64,000 nucleotides of DNA from a virus. Location of the stretch: positions 1-64,000 of the IMG/VR virus record IMGVR_UViG_3300020020_000001; one strand, 5' to 3'. The notes below the pieces were generated by a model. It made no database searches. It saw nothing but the letters and a program-made list of their open reading frames with translations, and had not been told where the DNA came from. The translations under genes and the position numbers were made by a program. This document shows positions 51,440-60,287 of the stretch, in pieces (within the stretch, counting starts at the first letter, position 1; each line of letters begins with the position of its first letter).

Positions 51440-53089
51440 TTAGATCCGTCCTGCACTAAAGTTTGCAATGAGTGACGGTAGGTTGGCGTCGCCACCACAC
51501 ACGTCAAGCATACCACGATCCGACGGGTCGGCAATGGTGAAATCTGTGGCGGTAAGTCCAACAACAACCAACTTGGCGTCAATGCCTGTCTTCTGTCGAT
51601 ATGTACGAAGTGCCTGGAATGGGTGTGGACGACCTGCGTACGTTTCGCTGTCTGTAATGACAACGAACGTGTCTACCGCAATGTTGTTTCGTTCAGCAAA
51701 CAACATTGGTAGTGAGCAGTCTGTTGACATGAATGGCCGAGAGACGCGCTTCATCACATCGTTCAGATCCATACTTGCAGTTAGACCTAGATCGACAAAC
51801 TGGCTACCAAACCCATAAACCTGGTAGTACGGCTCAGTGCGCATGATAGTCATGGCCATAGCTGCACCAACCTGCGCGCAGTTAAGGTCAATACCCATCG
51901 CTGGTGAACCCATTGAACCGGACACATCAAGGGCGAGCATTGTGCGCTTGTTCGCTGGTTCTACATACTTGAATGCCTTGTAGAAACCTTCGTTCAGCGC
52001 CGCAACAATTACTGGATTGGTGTTCCAGTCCTTGACTCGCTGAGTTGTGTAACTATAACCGGGTGGAGGTATGTCGCCAGGCTTCTTTGAACGCCAAATC
52101 TGACCGTTCTCGTGAACTGTCAGTGCAAGAAGGTACTGGATCGGGTGTAGCTTGGTACGTGCAATCATGCTTTCAGTTGTGAGTGCTGTTGCTACCTCAC
52201 GAGTGAATACCATGTCATTGAACGCACCAATACGAGCTAGCCGCGTGATGTTACGGACAAGCGCCTGACCCTTAAGCTGACCGTTATAGAACAGCTTCTT
52301 CCATACTTCAGCATTCTTAAGAAACTGCGTAGGTAGTGCTTCCCATGGTAGGAGTGGATGATCATTCAGAACATTTAGTACCGTCTGCACATTTTCCGCA
52401 CCGGAAACACGATCGAATCCAATAAGAATATCCGACCGCTCTTCAACAGATGCCATGTTAGGTAGAGGCTTGCCAAGGATAAAGCTACCGACACTCTTGT
52501 CAATACCCACAGGGTGTGACAAGCGGAACATGTCACGGTGGGTCCAACCATCACGCTGACGATACTTCACAGCCTGGTATGCAACCTGGTCTGGTGTCTT
52601 ACGCTCATACCAGCTTGCCACCGCAGCACGCTTTGATCGACCCCAACCACCAAGTAGCTCGATGTACTGAGTAAACTGGAACAGGTGTGTCGAAATGCGA
52701 ACTACCTTGGCAAAGGCGTCCTTGTTCTTACGCTTGCCGTAAGTGAACAGCGCAGCCATCACGAAGATAGCAGTGTTGTTACGGTAGGCGCGTCCACTTT
52801 CCGAAATCTCTGTTACTACCTGCTCGACTAATTCCTCATCGCGTCCGATCATCTCAATGACGAAGTTGATGTTCTCCTTGGTGAGCGGCTTCTCCTGTAC
52901 GTAGTAGGTACCCTTGTCAGTACCAAGAATCAGGAAACGCTCTAGCCGTGTGCGATCTGAGACCTGGAAGACAAATCCACCAGCGTTGTTGACAACCTGG
53001 TCTGGACGTGCCTGCACTGTCTGTGGGGTATCCTGAATTTCCATCAGTGCTTCGGTGATGGCGTCACGGTTCTTATCTGGCTTAGACAT
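51440..53089 (-). CDS. rsr: Ro60/TROVE-domain RNA-binding protein (Rsr ortholog)
   Basis: NNAGG..F....RL.RFLILGT.KGTYY, GGWGR, KYRQRDGWTHRD, ALVRN, vWA MIDAS DVSGSM, ITDSET, IADP.D.GMLD. Confidence 0.95.
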   Translation of the reverse strand: MSKPDKNRDAITEALMEIQDTPQTVQARPDQVVNNAGGFVFQVSDRTRLERFLILGTDKGTYYVQEKPLTKENINFVIEMIGRDEELVEQVVTEISESGRAYRNNTAIFVMAALFTYGKRKNKDAFAKVVRISTHLFQFTQYIELLGGWGRSKRAAVASWYERKTPDQVAYQAVKYRQRDGWTHRDMFRLSHPVGIDKSVGSFILGKPLPNMASVEERSDILIGFDRVSGAENVQTVLNVLNDHPLLPWEALPTQFLKNAEVWKKLFYNGQLKGQALVRNITRLARIGAFNDMVFTREVATALTTESMIARTKLHPIQYLLALTVHENGQIWRSKKPGDIPPPGYSYTTQRVKDWNTNPVIVAALNEGFYKAFKYVEPANKRTMLALDVSGSMGSPAMGIDLNCAQVGAAMAMTIMRTEPYYQVYGFGSQFVDLGLTASMDLNDVMKRVSRPFMSTDCSLPMLFAERNNIAVDTFVVITDSETYAGRPHPFQALRTYRQKTGIDAKLVVVGLTATDFTIADPSDRGMLDVCGGDANLPSLIANFSAGRI

Positions 53090-53355
53090 TTCGACCCCTT
53101 TCAAAGGGATATGTTACTGTCAGTTTGATGAGATTTTTGATTGATTTCCATAGTTCTTGGCATCTTATGGTAAGTACAGATGCTATGATCATCCAACGTG
53201 GGCAGCTAACGATGAATTGTAACATCTCACCTTGTAAGTGCATACATCTGGTACACCAATCGCCATCAATATCTTCGTCGCAAGGCTGTCCATCGTGGGA
53301 TAAGTCAATTGCTTTCATGAGTTGTTGTGCTTCATAGTGGAAATTTCTCGTCACG

Positions 53356-53440
53356 CAGAGGGTGTAGGATTTGAACCCACGGTGGTGTTACCCACTTCTG
53401 TTTTCAAGACAGATGCCTTAAGCCTCTCGGCCAACCCTCC
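53356..53440 (-). tRNA. tRNA-Ser(TGA)
   Basis: Cloverleaf with long variable arm. Confidence 0.9.
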
Positions 53441-53733
53441 TAAATAGCTAATCTGTAACTTTTCTTATGTCACCCTTATGCTGGATCATTTGTATTGGAT
53501 GTATAATCCACATTGAGACTCGAACCATAAAGAGAATATAGTTTGGTGTCTCATTGTATACTTCTTCGAACTTTTCTTCTAGATTTTTACAGCGCACGCA
53601 ATCTTTTGAGTTATCACAATCTTCAGCATGTCTATTCAATGCTTCGTTTACATGTTCTATTTTTCTTAATAAGAAAACAAGATCCATTTTAACTCTCCAA
53701 AGGTTGTCGGATATGGTTATGTCATCGTGTCGA

Positions 53734-53803
53734 TTCGCAGGGAAGGACTCCAACCCTCATAACTGTCACGCAGACATTGCACTAGCCGTTGTGCTACCTG
53801 GGA
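53734..53803 (-). tRNA. Atypical/degenerate tRNA-like element (possible GCG anticodon)
   Basis: Acceptor TCCCAGG/CCTGCGA, D-arm GCAC/GTGC, T-loop TTGGAGT; short anticodon arm. Confidence 0.45.
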
Positions 53804-54338
53804 TAAACGATGTACTTCGACCCGACTACTCTTGTAAGTTTTTGTAACTATGGAGTTACTGGAGGAACTGTTGGCTCTGGCGATTCGGCTTCTACATCTG
53901 CGTCTAGTGCTTCGATGTTTGCATTTGCTGTTGCTAGGTTGTCTGCTACACCCTGAAGTGCCTCTTCAGCAGCCGCAGTGTCACCCTGAGCTAGTAGACG
54001 CTGAACGTCCTTTACTAGTTCAGCAGTGTTGGTGAGGAGAGTACCCACACCAGTCACAACCGCGCTTACCTTATCGTCGAGAGCCGACACTTTTGCCTCC
54101 ATCGCAGTAATGGCCGAAGCCAATTCCTGTGCATACTCAAGATGAACATGCACTTCCGTTACTGTGGGTGGAAGTCCTGACAAGTTTAGGTTCAAACTAA
54201 TGTCAGCCATCCATTTTCCCTTCTATCAAAGGGTTGGTTGGATATATTTAAGGTAGTCAGAAGTGGTTCTAATTCACTAGCCTTGCGGCTTTTGCAGTGT
54301 ATAGATAACTGACTACTTTCGACCCAACCAAAAACTAT

Positions 54339-55127
54339 CTATACGTATCTTCGAGCTGCCATGAATGCGTATAGGTTGTTCTGGATCACGCCTGTACGAG
54401 AGCTAGCCGCTTCAACAACTCTATTGTTACCAATGTAAATCATCACGTGTCCATTGTATGGCCAAACGATATCACCAGGCTGTAGGTTAGCTTTCGATAC
54501 CGCGTATCCTTGACCAGAGTATAGAATGCTCTGATCCTGATGTGGTACTGAAACGCCAACCTGACGAAGGGCTGCCTGCACTAGTCCTGAACAGTCATAG
54601 GCATTAGGTCCACCGGCAGCCCATACATAAGGCTTGCCAACCTGTGCTAGAGCAAAGTTCACAATCGTTTGTGCTCTGCTTGACTGTGGGGCTGGCGCTG
54701 CGCCACCACTACGTGATGCTACCGGCGGTTGTGCACGAACCGGTGCGCTACCCTGTGGGGCTGCGCTAGGCACCTTTACTTGCTGACCTACCTGAATGCT
54801 ATCACAGTTGGCAATTCCATTTGTCTGGCATAGACCTGGCCAGTATCCGGGAGTGCCGTAGAACGCCTGACTGATATTCGAAAGACTACCGTACTGTGAA
54901 GGATAGGCAGTAACTGAAACCAACGAGTCGCTTGCAACTACTACTGTTGCTGACGTCTTGGTCACTTCACTGTTCGTCGTCTTAACTACGTTTGCAGTCC
55001 CCAACTGCACAACTTGCGGTGCCTGTGGGCTACTCAGTGCTGCGTTAGCAACACCAGTTGGCGTAGCCAAGATTCCTAGGGTGATTAGGCCACACATCAT
55101 GGTAGCGACTAATCGGCTTCTGTTCAT
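54339..55127 (-). CDS. Secreted LysM + NlpC/P60 peptidoglycan hydrolase
   Basis: Signal peptide; LysM-like SL..I...FYG....W..L...NGI.N...IQVGQ; GKPYVW...GPNAYDCSGL, GHV.IY. Confidence 0.9.
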   Translation of the reverse strand: MNRSRLVATMMCGLITLGILATPTGVANAALSSPQAPQVVQLGTANVVKTTNSEVTKTSATVVVASDSLVSVTAYPSQYGSLSNISQAFYGTPGYWPGLCQTNGIANCDSIQVGQQVKVPSAAPQGSAPVRAQPPVASRSGGAAPAPQSSRAQTIVNFALAQVGKPYVWAAGGPNAYDCSGLVQAALRQVGVSVPHQDQSILYSGQGYAVSKANLQPGDIVWPYNGHVMIYIGNNRVVEAASSRTGVIQNNLYAFMAARRYV

Positions 55128-55374
55128 TCTCATCCTTTTTCGCATGCAAAGGCGAAGCTGTGCATTGGAATAGGTTGGAAGATGATCGCCTTTGCTCCAA
55201 ATGGAATATTCTATTGTGCGAAAACCCTCAGCCCTTGGTTTTCTTGGAGGCCCTCAACGGTTTGGCTGCCTCTCCAACACCTCATACGGTTTCAGTGTCC
55301 AACTCCCGTACAAAACGCATATCGCTGCACATAGAACGGGGGTAATATATGCGAGGGACACCATGCGTAAAACG

Positions 55375-55446
55375 TCGTTCCACTAGGAATCGAACCTAGG
55401 TCCCACCAGTTTCAGTGGTATGCTCTGCCAACTGAGCTATAGAACG
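55375..55446 (-). tRNA. tRNA-Phe(GAA)
   Basis: Cloverleaf. Confidence 0.88.
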
Positions 55447-55567
55447 TTGACCTACGGATCATCTTGATGTTTCCAACATCTGAATTGGTAAGTCATACCT
55501 CTAAAGCACCATTTGTGATAGCACATAGCATATAGTGGATAATACTTTGTTAACCATTTCTTAATCA

Positions 55568-55642
55568 TGGGTGGCTGGTGGAATTCGAATCCACGAATGA
55601 CTAGGTTCACAACCTAGCTCCTGATGCCTCCGGATCAGCCAC
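55568..55642 (-). tRNA. tRNA-His(GTG)
   Basis: CTAGG-TT GTG AA-CCTAG arm, T-arm, CCA. Confidence 0.8.
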
Positions 55643-55650
55643 ACTTTATA

Positions 55651-56022
55651 CTAAGCTAGTTTCATCTCCCATGACGACGTGGTGTCATTGAATGGCCAGA
55701 AGTTATTATCTGTATCGCCACCATTCCACACCGTGATGGTACCACCCCAACAACCGGCCTCTGAGTAGAAGAGTACCTTGTAGCTTGGTGTCTTGTTGAT
55801 CGCCGAAGAGATCACGTCATTCCAACCACCAGGCATACCTTGACAGTTGTTCAGTCCAACCCATGGTAGTGTCCACTGGGAACCGTTACCATTCGAGTCT
55901 GTATAGGCACAGATATGTGATGCTGGACATGAGGAGTAGGCTGCATGAGCAGGAGAAGCTGCAATGCCAATCATGATTGCAAACATCACGAGTACAGCAC
56001 CAACACGCTTAGTTGTTCTCAT
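55651..56022 (-). CDS. Secreted peptidase inhibitor I36 / beta-gamma-crystallin-like protein
   Basis: Signal peptide ending SPAHA; CP....C.Y.D.N..G, WNDVISS..N, NDTTSS. Confidence 0.75.
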   Translation of the reverse strand: MRTTKRVGAVLVMFAIMIGIAASPAHAAYSSCPASHICAYTDSNGNGSQWTLPWVGLNNCQGMPGGWNDVISSAINKTPSYKVLFYSEAGCWGGTITVWNGGDTDNNFWPFNDTTSSWEMKLA

Positions 56023-56047
56023 TTGTGTCCTTTCGTAGTTTGTTACG

Positions 56048-56128
56048 TACCTATGACAGGATTCGAACCTGCAAGCCTTTCGGCACTAGGACCTAAACCT
56101 AGCGTGTATCCCGTTCCACCACATAGGC
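56048..56128 (-). tRNA. tRNA-Leu(TAG)
   Basis: Cloverleaf with long variable arm. Confidence 0.9.
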
Positions 56129-56265
56129 ATAATGTAGTAAGGTACTGCACGAACACCATTCGTAACAGTTAGTCAGCCTCACCTAGTTAGTATACACTTC
56201 ACTAGGCAGTATTGGGACCCCTGTGGGGAAGCACGCTCAACTCTCTTTCGAGAGACCTTACTACG

Positions 56266-56350
56266 CAGAAGATGTAGGATTCGAACCTACGAAGGTATTA
56301 CCCTTACTTCCTTAGCAGGGAAGCCCGATCAACCACTCTGGCAATCTTCC
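56266..56350 (-). tRNA. tRNA-Ser(GCT)
   Basis: Cloverleaf with long variable arm. Confidence 0.9.
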
Positions 56351-56444
56351 ATAGTAGTCGGTAGGCGACCCCCAAGAGTGTTAGCCGCACTCTTGCACCT
56401 ACCGACCGTGTCCTACCAACCATCGTGCGCACCCTGGAGATGCG

Positions 56445-56515
56445 AACCGACAGTGAGTTTCGAACTCACTCAATCATCTTGGAAGGATGATATGCAACCA
56501 ATACATCATGTCGGC
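56445..56515 (-). tRNA. tRNA-Gly(TCC)
   Basis: Cloverleaf. Confidence 0.85.
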
Positions 56516-56518
56516 AAG

Positions 56519-56629
56519 TGATGTGGATATGTTGTTAGAAATCGGGGTATGTCTACCAAGACGACACGGAATTGAACCGCACTGTTCTAAATATCAGTTA
56601 GATAACCGATTTCAATCCGACCCACATCA
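56519..56629 (-). ncRNA. Y RNA-like element 1
   Basis: Terminal stem TGATGTGG/CCACATCA, GGGTCGG, GGTTATC, T-loop GGTTCAATTCC, ATATCC. Confidence 0.8.
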
Positions 56630-56633
56630 ACGC

Positions 56634-56819
56634 TTATACGTCAAACTCTCCAGCTTTTACACCTTCAATAAAGGTGCGCCACTCAGCAATGGTGAATACA
56701 TTGTACTGATCTGGCTTGTCACTATTGCGAATTGCGACACTCGTGTCACCAAGAGAAGCTTCAACACAGTTTGCGGTATCGCATCTGCCAGATTTAATCC
56801 AGTATAACTGGTCAGTCAT
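56634..56819 (-). CDS. DUF397 protein
   Basis: WIKS..C....CVE, VAIRNS..P....F...EW..F..GVKAGEF. Confidence 0.9.
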   Translation of the reverse strand: MTDQLYWIKSGRCDTANCVEASLGDTSVAIRNSDKPDQYNVFTIAEWRTFIEGVKAGEFDV

Positions 56820-56838
56820 TGTCTATTACGCTTCCAAT

Positions 56839-57930
56839 CTAAGCATTGACCGTGCTCAGGTTGCTATCTAGGTAGTTGCCAGACCAGTCAATGCCTGAGT
56901 GGTTACAAGCATCGGTGAGTCCATAAGCAGCGGAGTAATCGTGACCAGCCTTAGCAGGTACAAACCGGTTTTTACGTACAACAAAACCAATACCTTGCTC
57001 TGGACAGTACACGGTGTAAGCACCGCCACCAAAGAAATTGTTCTCAACCAGCCACATGTTATTTGCGGTTGGGTTTGTGATGATGGCTGACGTCATTGGA
57101 TTCAGTTGTAACATTGTGTTGTGTCGAATAACAACGTTGTTACCACCCTGTGACTGAATACCATCACCATGTGGAGCATTGCCGCGACCTTGTTCAGAAC
57201 CTCGAATGAATGACTCAGTGATTTGTGAGTTGCTGTTCATTTCCAACCCGTTCTCACACTTGTCAATATACATACGAGTGGCGCGGAAGTTCGGTCCAGC
57301 AAGTGCATTACCATGTGCGTAGTTACACGTAATTTCCGTGTCGCTAATTGTAGCTACGCCAGTTGCGGGTACTCTATCCGTGTTGATACCGTGGTAGCAA
57401 GAGTCTGACACTAGCAGCTTCACGTTGCGAATAACTACATTCGCCGCGAAGATGTAGATACAACCATTGTGTTCCCGGTTTTCTAGTACAGTACCAGCTA
57501 CTGTTATATTGATAACACCACTCGAACTGGTAAGCACTGTTCCAGTTGGGACACCAGTGTTCACGGCCGTTGGATACCCACAGGCACCAGGATTCGACCA
57601 ACAATTGGTCGGTGTTGGACTAGGTGTTGTTACAGTAGGCGAAGGAGTAGGACTAACTGTCTGACTCGCTGACGCTGACGGGCTTCCTGTGGGTGTGGTC
57701 AGAAGTGCAATGATTGCATTCTGATCATTGATACAGTTGACGGCCCGTGTCCGTTGCGAACTACTTGTTGTATTACTCGCAAGTAGTTGACAGTTTGCCT
57801 TAGCATCCTCTGCTAACTGTAACCGGCTCGATACGGACGATGGCGCAGCGCTAGCTAGCGACGACCAACCGAGCATAATGATTACTGCACCACCAATTAC
57901 TGATGCAGCAACCTTACTATTCCGGTGCAT
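56839..57930 (-). CDS. Secreted right-handed beta-helix protein
   Basis: Signal peptide, Pro/Thr/Ser linker, P...NTGVP.GT.L, HGDGIQ, IRHNT, ENN.F.GG.YT. Confidence 0.75.
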   Translation of the reverse strand: MHRNSKVAASVIGGAVIIMLGWSSLASAAPSSVSSRLQLAEDAKANCQLLASNTTSSSQRTRAVNCINDQNAIIALLTTPTGSPSASASQTVSPTPSPTVTTPSPTPTNCWSNPGACGYPTAVNTGVPTGTVLTSSSGVINITVAGTVLENREHNGCIYIFAANVVIRNVKLLVSDSCYHGINTDRVPATGVATISDTEITCNYAHGNALAGPNFRATRMYIDKCENGLEMNSNSQITESFIRGSEQGRGNAPHGDGIQSQGGNNVVIRHNTMLQLNPMTSAIITNPTANNMWLVENNFFGGGAYTVYCPEQGIGFVVRKNRFVPAKAGHDYSAAYGLTDACNHSGIDWSGNYLDSNLSTVNA

Positions 57931-57983
57931 CCATACTCCTTAACTCGAAAACATTGGAGTAATGTCTGAACCCCGTACAATAT

Positions 57984-58057
57984 TGGCATGAGTTGTAGGA
58001 TTTGAACCCACACAAAAGACTTTGGAGGCCTTTATGCTACCGTTACATCAAACTCAC
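57984..58057 (-). tRNA. tRNA-Trp(CCA)
   Basis: Cloverleaf with CCA end; U11-A24. Confidence 0.88.
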
Positions 58058-58138
58058 TAGGTGTGACCACAGCTCAGACACTATGGCCACACTTGGTTAC
58101 CTATTTCTCCGCCCGCTAGAGCTAGAAAGAAGGAACCG

Positions 58139-58210
58139 CACCCTCAGCAGGATTCGAACCTGCACTTATAGCTTCGTAGGCTATTACTCTGTCCGTTGAG
58201 TTATAAGGGT
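58139..58210 (-). tRNA. tRNA-Arg(ACG)
   Basis: Cloverleaf. Confidence 0.9.
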
Positions 58211-58486
58211 TTATGTGGTGGGCTTCTCATTAACTGTGCTTCCCCACAGGGGTTACCTCGCATGGCGAACCTACACCCGCCCACCACTCAAGTGTACGGC
58301 ATGGTTGGTAACTAGTCACTGAGACATTTATGGTCCCTCCCAAGATTTACGTCGGGGGAGGGATTCCGACGTTTCCACTAATGGCCTGAGGAGACTATAT
58401 CATGGAAACTTAAGTACGTAGTGACTGGGCAGTACTGTGTGCATCCCGGCAACATAGTGCAGCAACCACTACGCACGACTATGAAA

Positions 58487-58577
58487 GCTTTGGATATGCT
58501 TAACTGAATCGAATTGTCAGCGCTGCAATGCGCCGTCCTGTGAATGGGTGGATAACCGATTCATTCCGACCCAAAGC
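58487..58577 (-). ncRNA. Y RNA-like element 2 (no tRNA-like domain)
   Basis: GCTTTGG/CCAAAGC stem, GGGTCGG, GGTTATC, ATATCC. Confidence 0.78.
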
Positions 58578-58609
58578 CCCGGTGCCGTTGGCCTCCGGCA
58601 GAAAATAGA

Positions 58610-58750
58610 TTCGGATATGTATTTGTAATTGGAAATGGCTTGCGCCAAGGCAATTGCTCTACCAATTGAGCTATACGACGATAAATCGTCGCAGTAGGAC
58701 TCGAACCTACAACCCATTGCTTCCAGATAACCAACTACGGCCGACCCGAA
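58610..58750 (-). ncRNA. YrlA-type Y RNA (element 3) with permuted tRNA domain
   Basis: GGGTCGG...GGTTATC, then T-arm GTAGGTTCGAGTCCTAC, closed acceptor hairpin TGCGACGA/TCGTCGTA, D-arm TAGCTCAATTGGTAGAGC, then ATATCC. Confidence 0.9.
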
Positions 58751-58838
58751 CCTGAAACTTGAATGCGTATCTCGTCCTCCACTATACGCTTACCACACCC
58801 ATAACGGCACGTGTGGCATCCACTTTTTCATAGCTAAG

Positions 58839-58912
58839 ACACGGATATATACCACTAGACAAGGAGTTTTATCTCCAAATGATAGGATAACCCTTGTCAA
58901 TCCGACCCGTGT
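58839..58912 (-). ncRNA. Y RNA-like element 4 (minimal, 74 nt)
   Basis: ACACGG/CCGTGT stem, GGGTCGG, GACAAGG/CCTTGTC, GGTTATC, ATATCC. Confidence 0.78.
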
Positions 58913-58947
58913 TTGACGTCAGCCCTCTGTCTGACAATGATGTAGTA

Positions 58948-59086
58948 TCGTGGATATGTATTGAGATCGGGAGTTTCACCTATTACTAGGCTAGCCGGTA
59001 CCGTCCGGCGTATGGTGTTGGTCCGTGTCGCGGAGCACCATGGTGGAATTGAACCATCGATAACCGATTACTCTGCCGACCCACGA
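58948..59086 (-). ncRNA. Y RNA-like element 5
   Basis: TCGTGG/CCACGA stem, GGGTCGG, GGTTATC, T-loop GGTTCAATTCC, ATATCC. Confidence 0.8.
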
Positions 59087-59451
59087 ATTAAATCTAGTAG
59101 TCCTGGAAATGTCTCACCCAAATTGTACGCTAGGTGATCATTACCGCCAGAATCTCTTACCGTTCTTGATACTGCCTTTGGCAGTTGATGTTTCAGGTTG
59201 TTACAAGTTCCATGTGCTAACTGCACGTTTGCGTCGTCACGAGCTTCATCAAGTGTGCACAGTGCGAAGTCTTTTATGTGGTCGCGGGACCAATCTTCTC
59301 TTTTAACTGGCTGAAAGCACAGTTGACAGATTCCGCGATCTCTTACATAAATTCGTTCGAGTTGTGCTCTTTTATTTTTTGTTTCGTTGCGACGTCTTCG
59401 TGCTTCGTGATTCATGTTGACCCAGTCTGGCTTTTGATGTGCTTTACTCAA
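59068..59451 (-). CDS. HNH endonuclease
   Basis: RD.GICQLC, SRDHI, NVQLAH..CN..K. Confidence 0.85.
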   Translation of the reverse strand: MSKAHQKPDWVNMNHEARRRRNETKNKRAQLERIYVRDRGICQLCFQPVKREDWSRDHIKDFALCTLDEARDDANVQLAHGTCNNLKHQLPKAVSRTVRDSGGNDHLAYNLGETFPGLLDLIRGSAE

Positions 59452-59742
59452 TGGGCATCATCTCTCTTTATTGTTATTGCTACTCTTCTTCCATCACCAC
59501 TGCATGTTGTGAATGCGCCCTCTTTAAAAACACATTCTCATGTTGGGTGGCAGTGGCTTCACAATGGAACCTTTAGTAGCCATCGTCACGTCTTTTTGGC
59601 ACCCGGCAACTAGGTCATTGTTGGCAGCTAATCGCCGGGGCACACCAAAATTTTTTGCGTTATGCGATTTTAGTGTCTAATTTCTGACACTGTAATAGTC
59701 CGGTTAGACCGTAGTCTCTGTGGCGGGACCATACCCACATAG

Positions 59743-59814
59743 TAGCGCAGTCGGGAGTTGAACCCGAATCTTCAGGGTTATGAGCCCTGCGTGTTACCTT
59801 TACACCACCGCGCG
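59743..59814 (-). tRNA. tRNA-fMet(CAT)
   Basis: C1:U72 mismatch, GGG/CCC anticodon stem. Confidence 0.88.
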
Positions 59815-59830
59815 ATGTTATTATATTACG

Positions 59831-59902
59831 TACACCCACAGGGATTCGAACCCCGAACCTATGCCTTGTAAGGACACCGCTCTCCCGTTGAGCTATAGGT
59901 GC
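59831..59902 (-). tRNA. tRNA-Val(TAC)
   Basis: Cloverleaf. Confidence 0.88.
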
Positions 59903-60257
59903 AAGATGCAGCAACCTTTGTTTCATGGTCATCACTCAGCAGTGTTAACAATCAGAGATCTCCTCTGACAACATACGGTTGCTGCAAATCTTCCATTTGT
60001 TGAAGTTTATGCGTGGACTTTGGCCCTGAGGAGCCACGCTTCCTACTTAAGTACGCTGGCCCGGACGGAACCATTGTACTAGGCTAACACACTGTATCAA
60101 GCTTAGACACAAAGCGATACAGTGTGTCCTCGCGCTGCGCTCGAAAGGTAAAATGGACAAAAACCCTTGAGGCGCGCTAAAGGTCTAACAAGTATGGAAT
60201 TCTCAAATCCCAAGGACCAGAAGACTGTCAGCCCTCTGTCACGTGCCAACGAGAAGA

Positions 60258-60287
60258 ACCGTAGCACGTGCTCGCGGTCGAGGTCAA
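60258..60287 (-). promoter_or_regulatory. Putative promoter for the tRNA/Y RNA island
   Basis: TTGACC-N18-TACGGT with TGn extension, in the non-coding gap upstream of the RNA cluster. Confidence 0.6.

Noticed and set aside
55146-55372. c-di-AMP (ydaO) riboswitch upstream of the NlpC/P60 gene
   Set aside because: The region is structured (e.g. GCAAAGGCGA/TCGCCTTTGC), but I could not find the conserved ydaO sequence blocks.
58372-58410. Hammerhead ribozyme (CTGAGGAG...GAAAC on the + strand)
   Set aside because: It is antisense to local transcription and the three-stem junction cannot be built convincingly.
58610-58750. Additional ordinary tRNA
   Set aside because: The T arm precedes the D arm and the acceptor stem is closed by a loop, so it is a YrlA-type mimic.
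58487-59086. CRISPR-like array suggested by recurring GATAACC...CCGACCC motifs
   Set aside because: The motifs are short, irregularly spaced and embedded in co-varying stems, with no identical direct repeats. They are better explained as Y RNAs.
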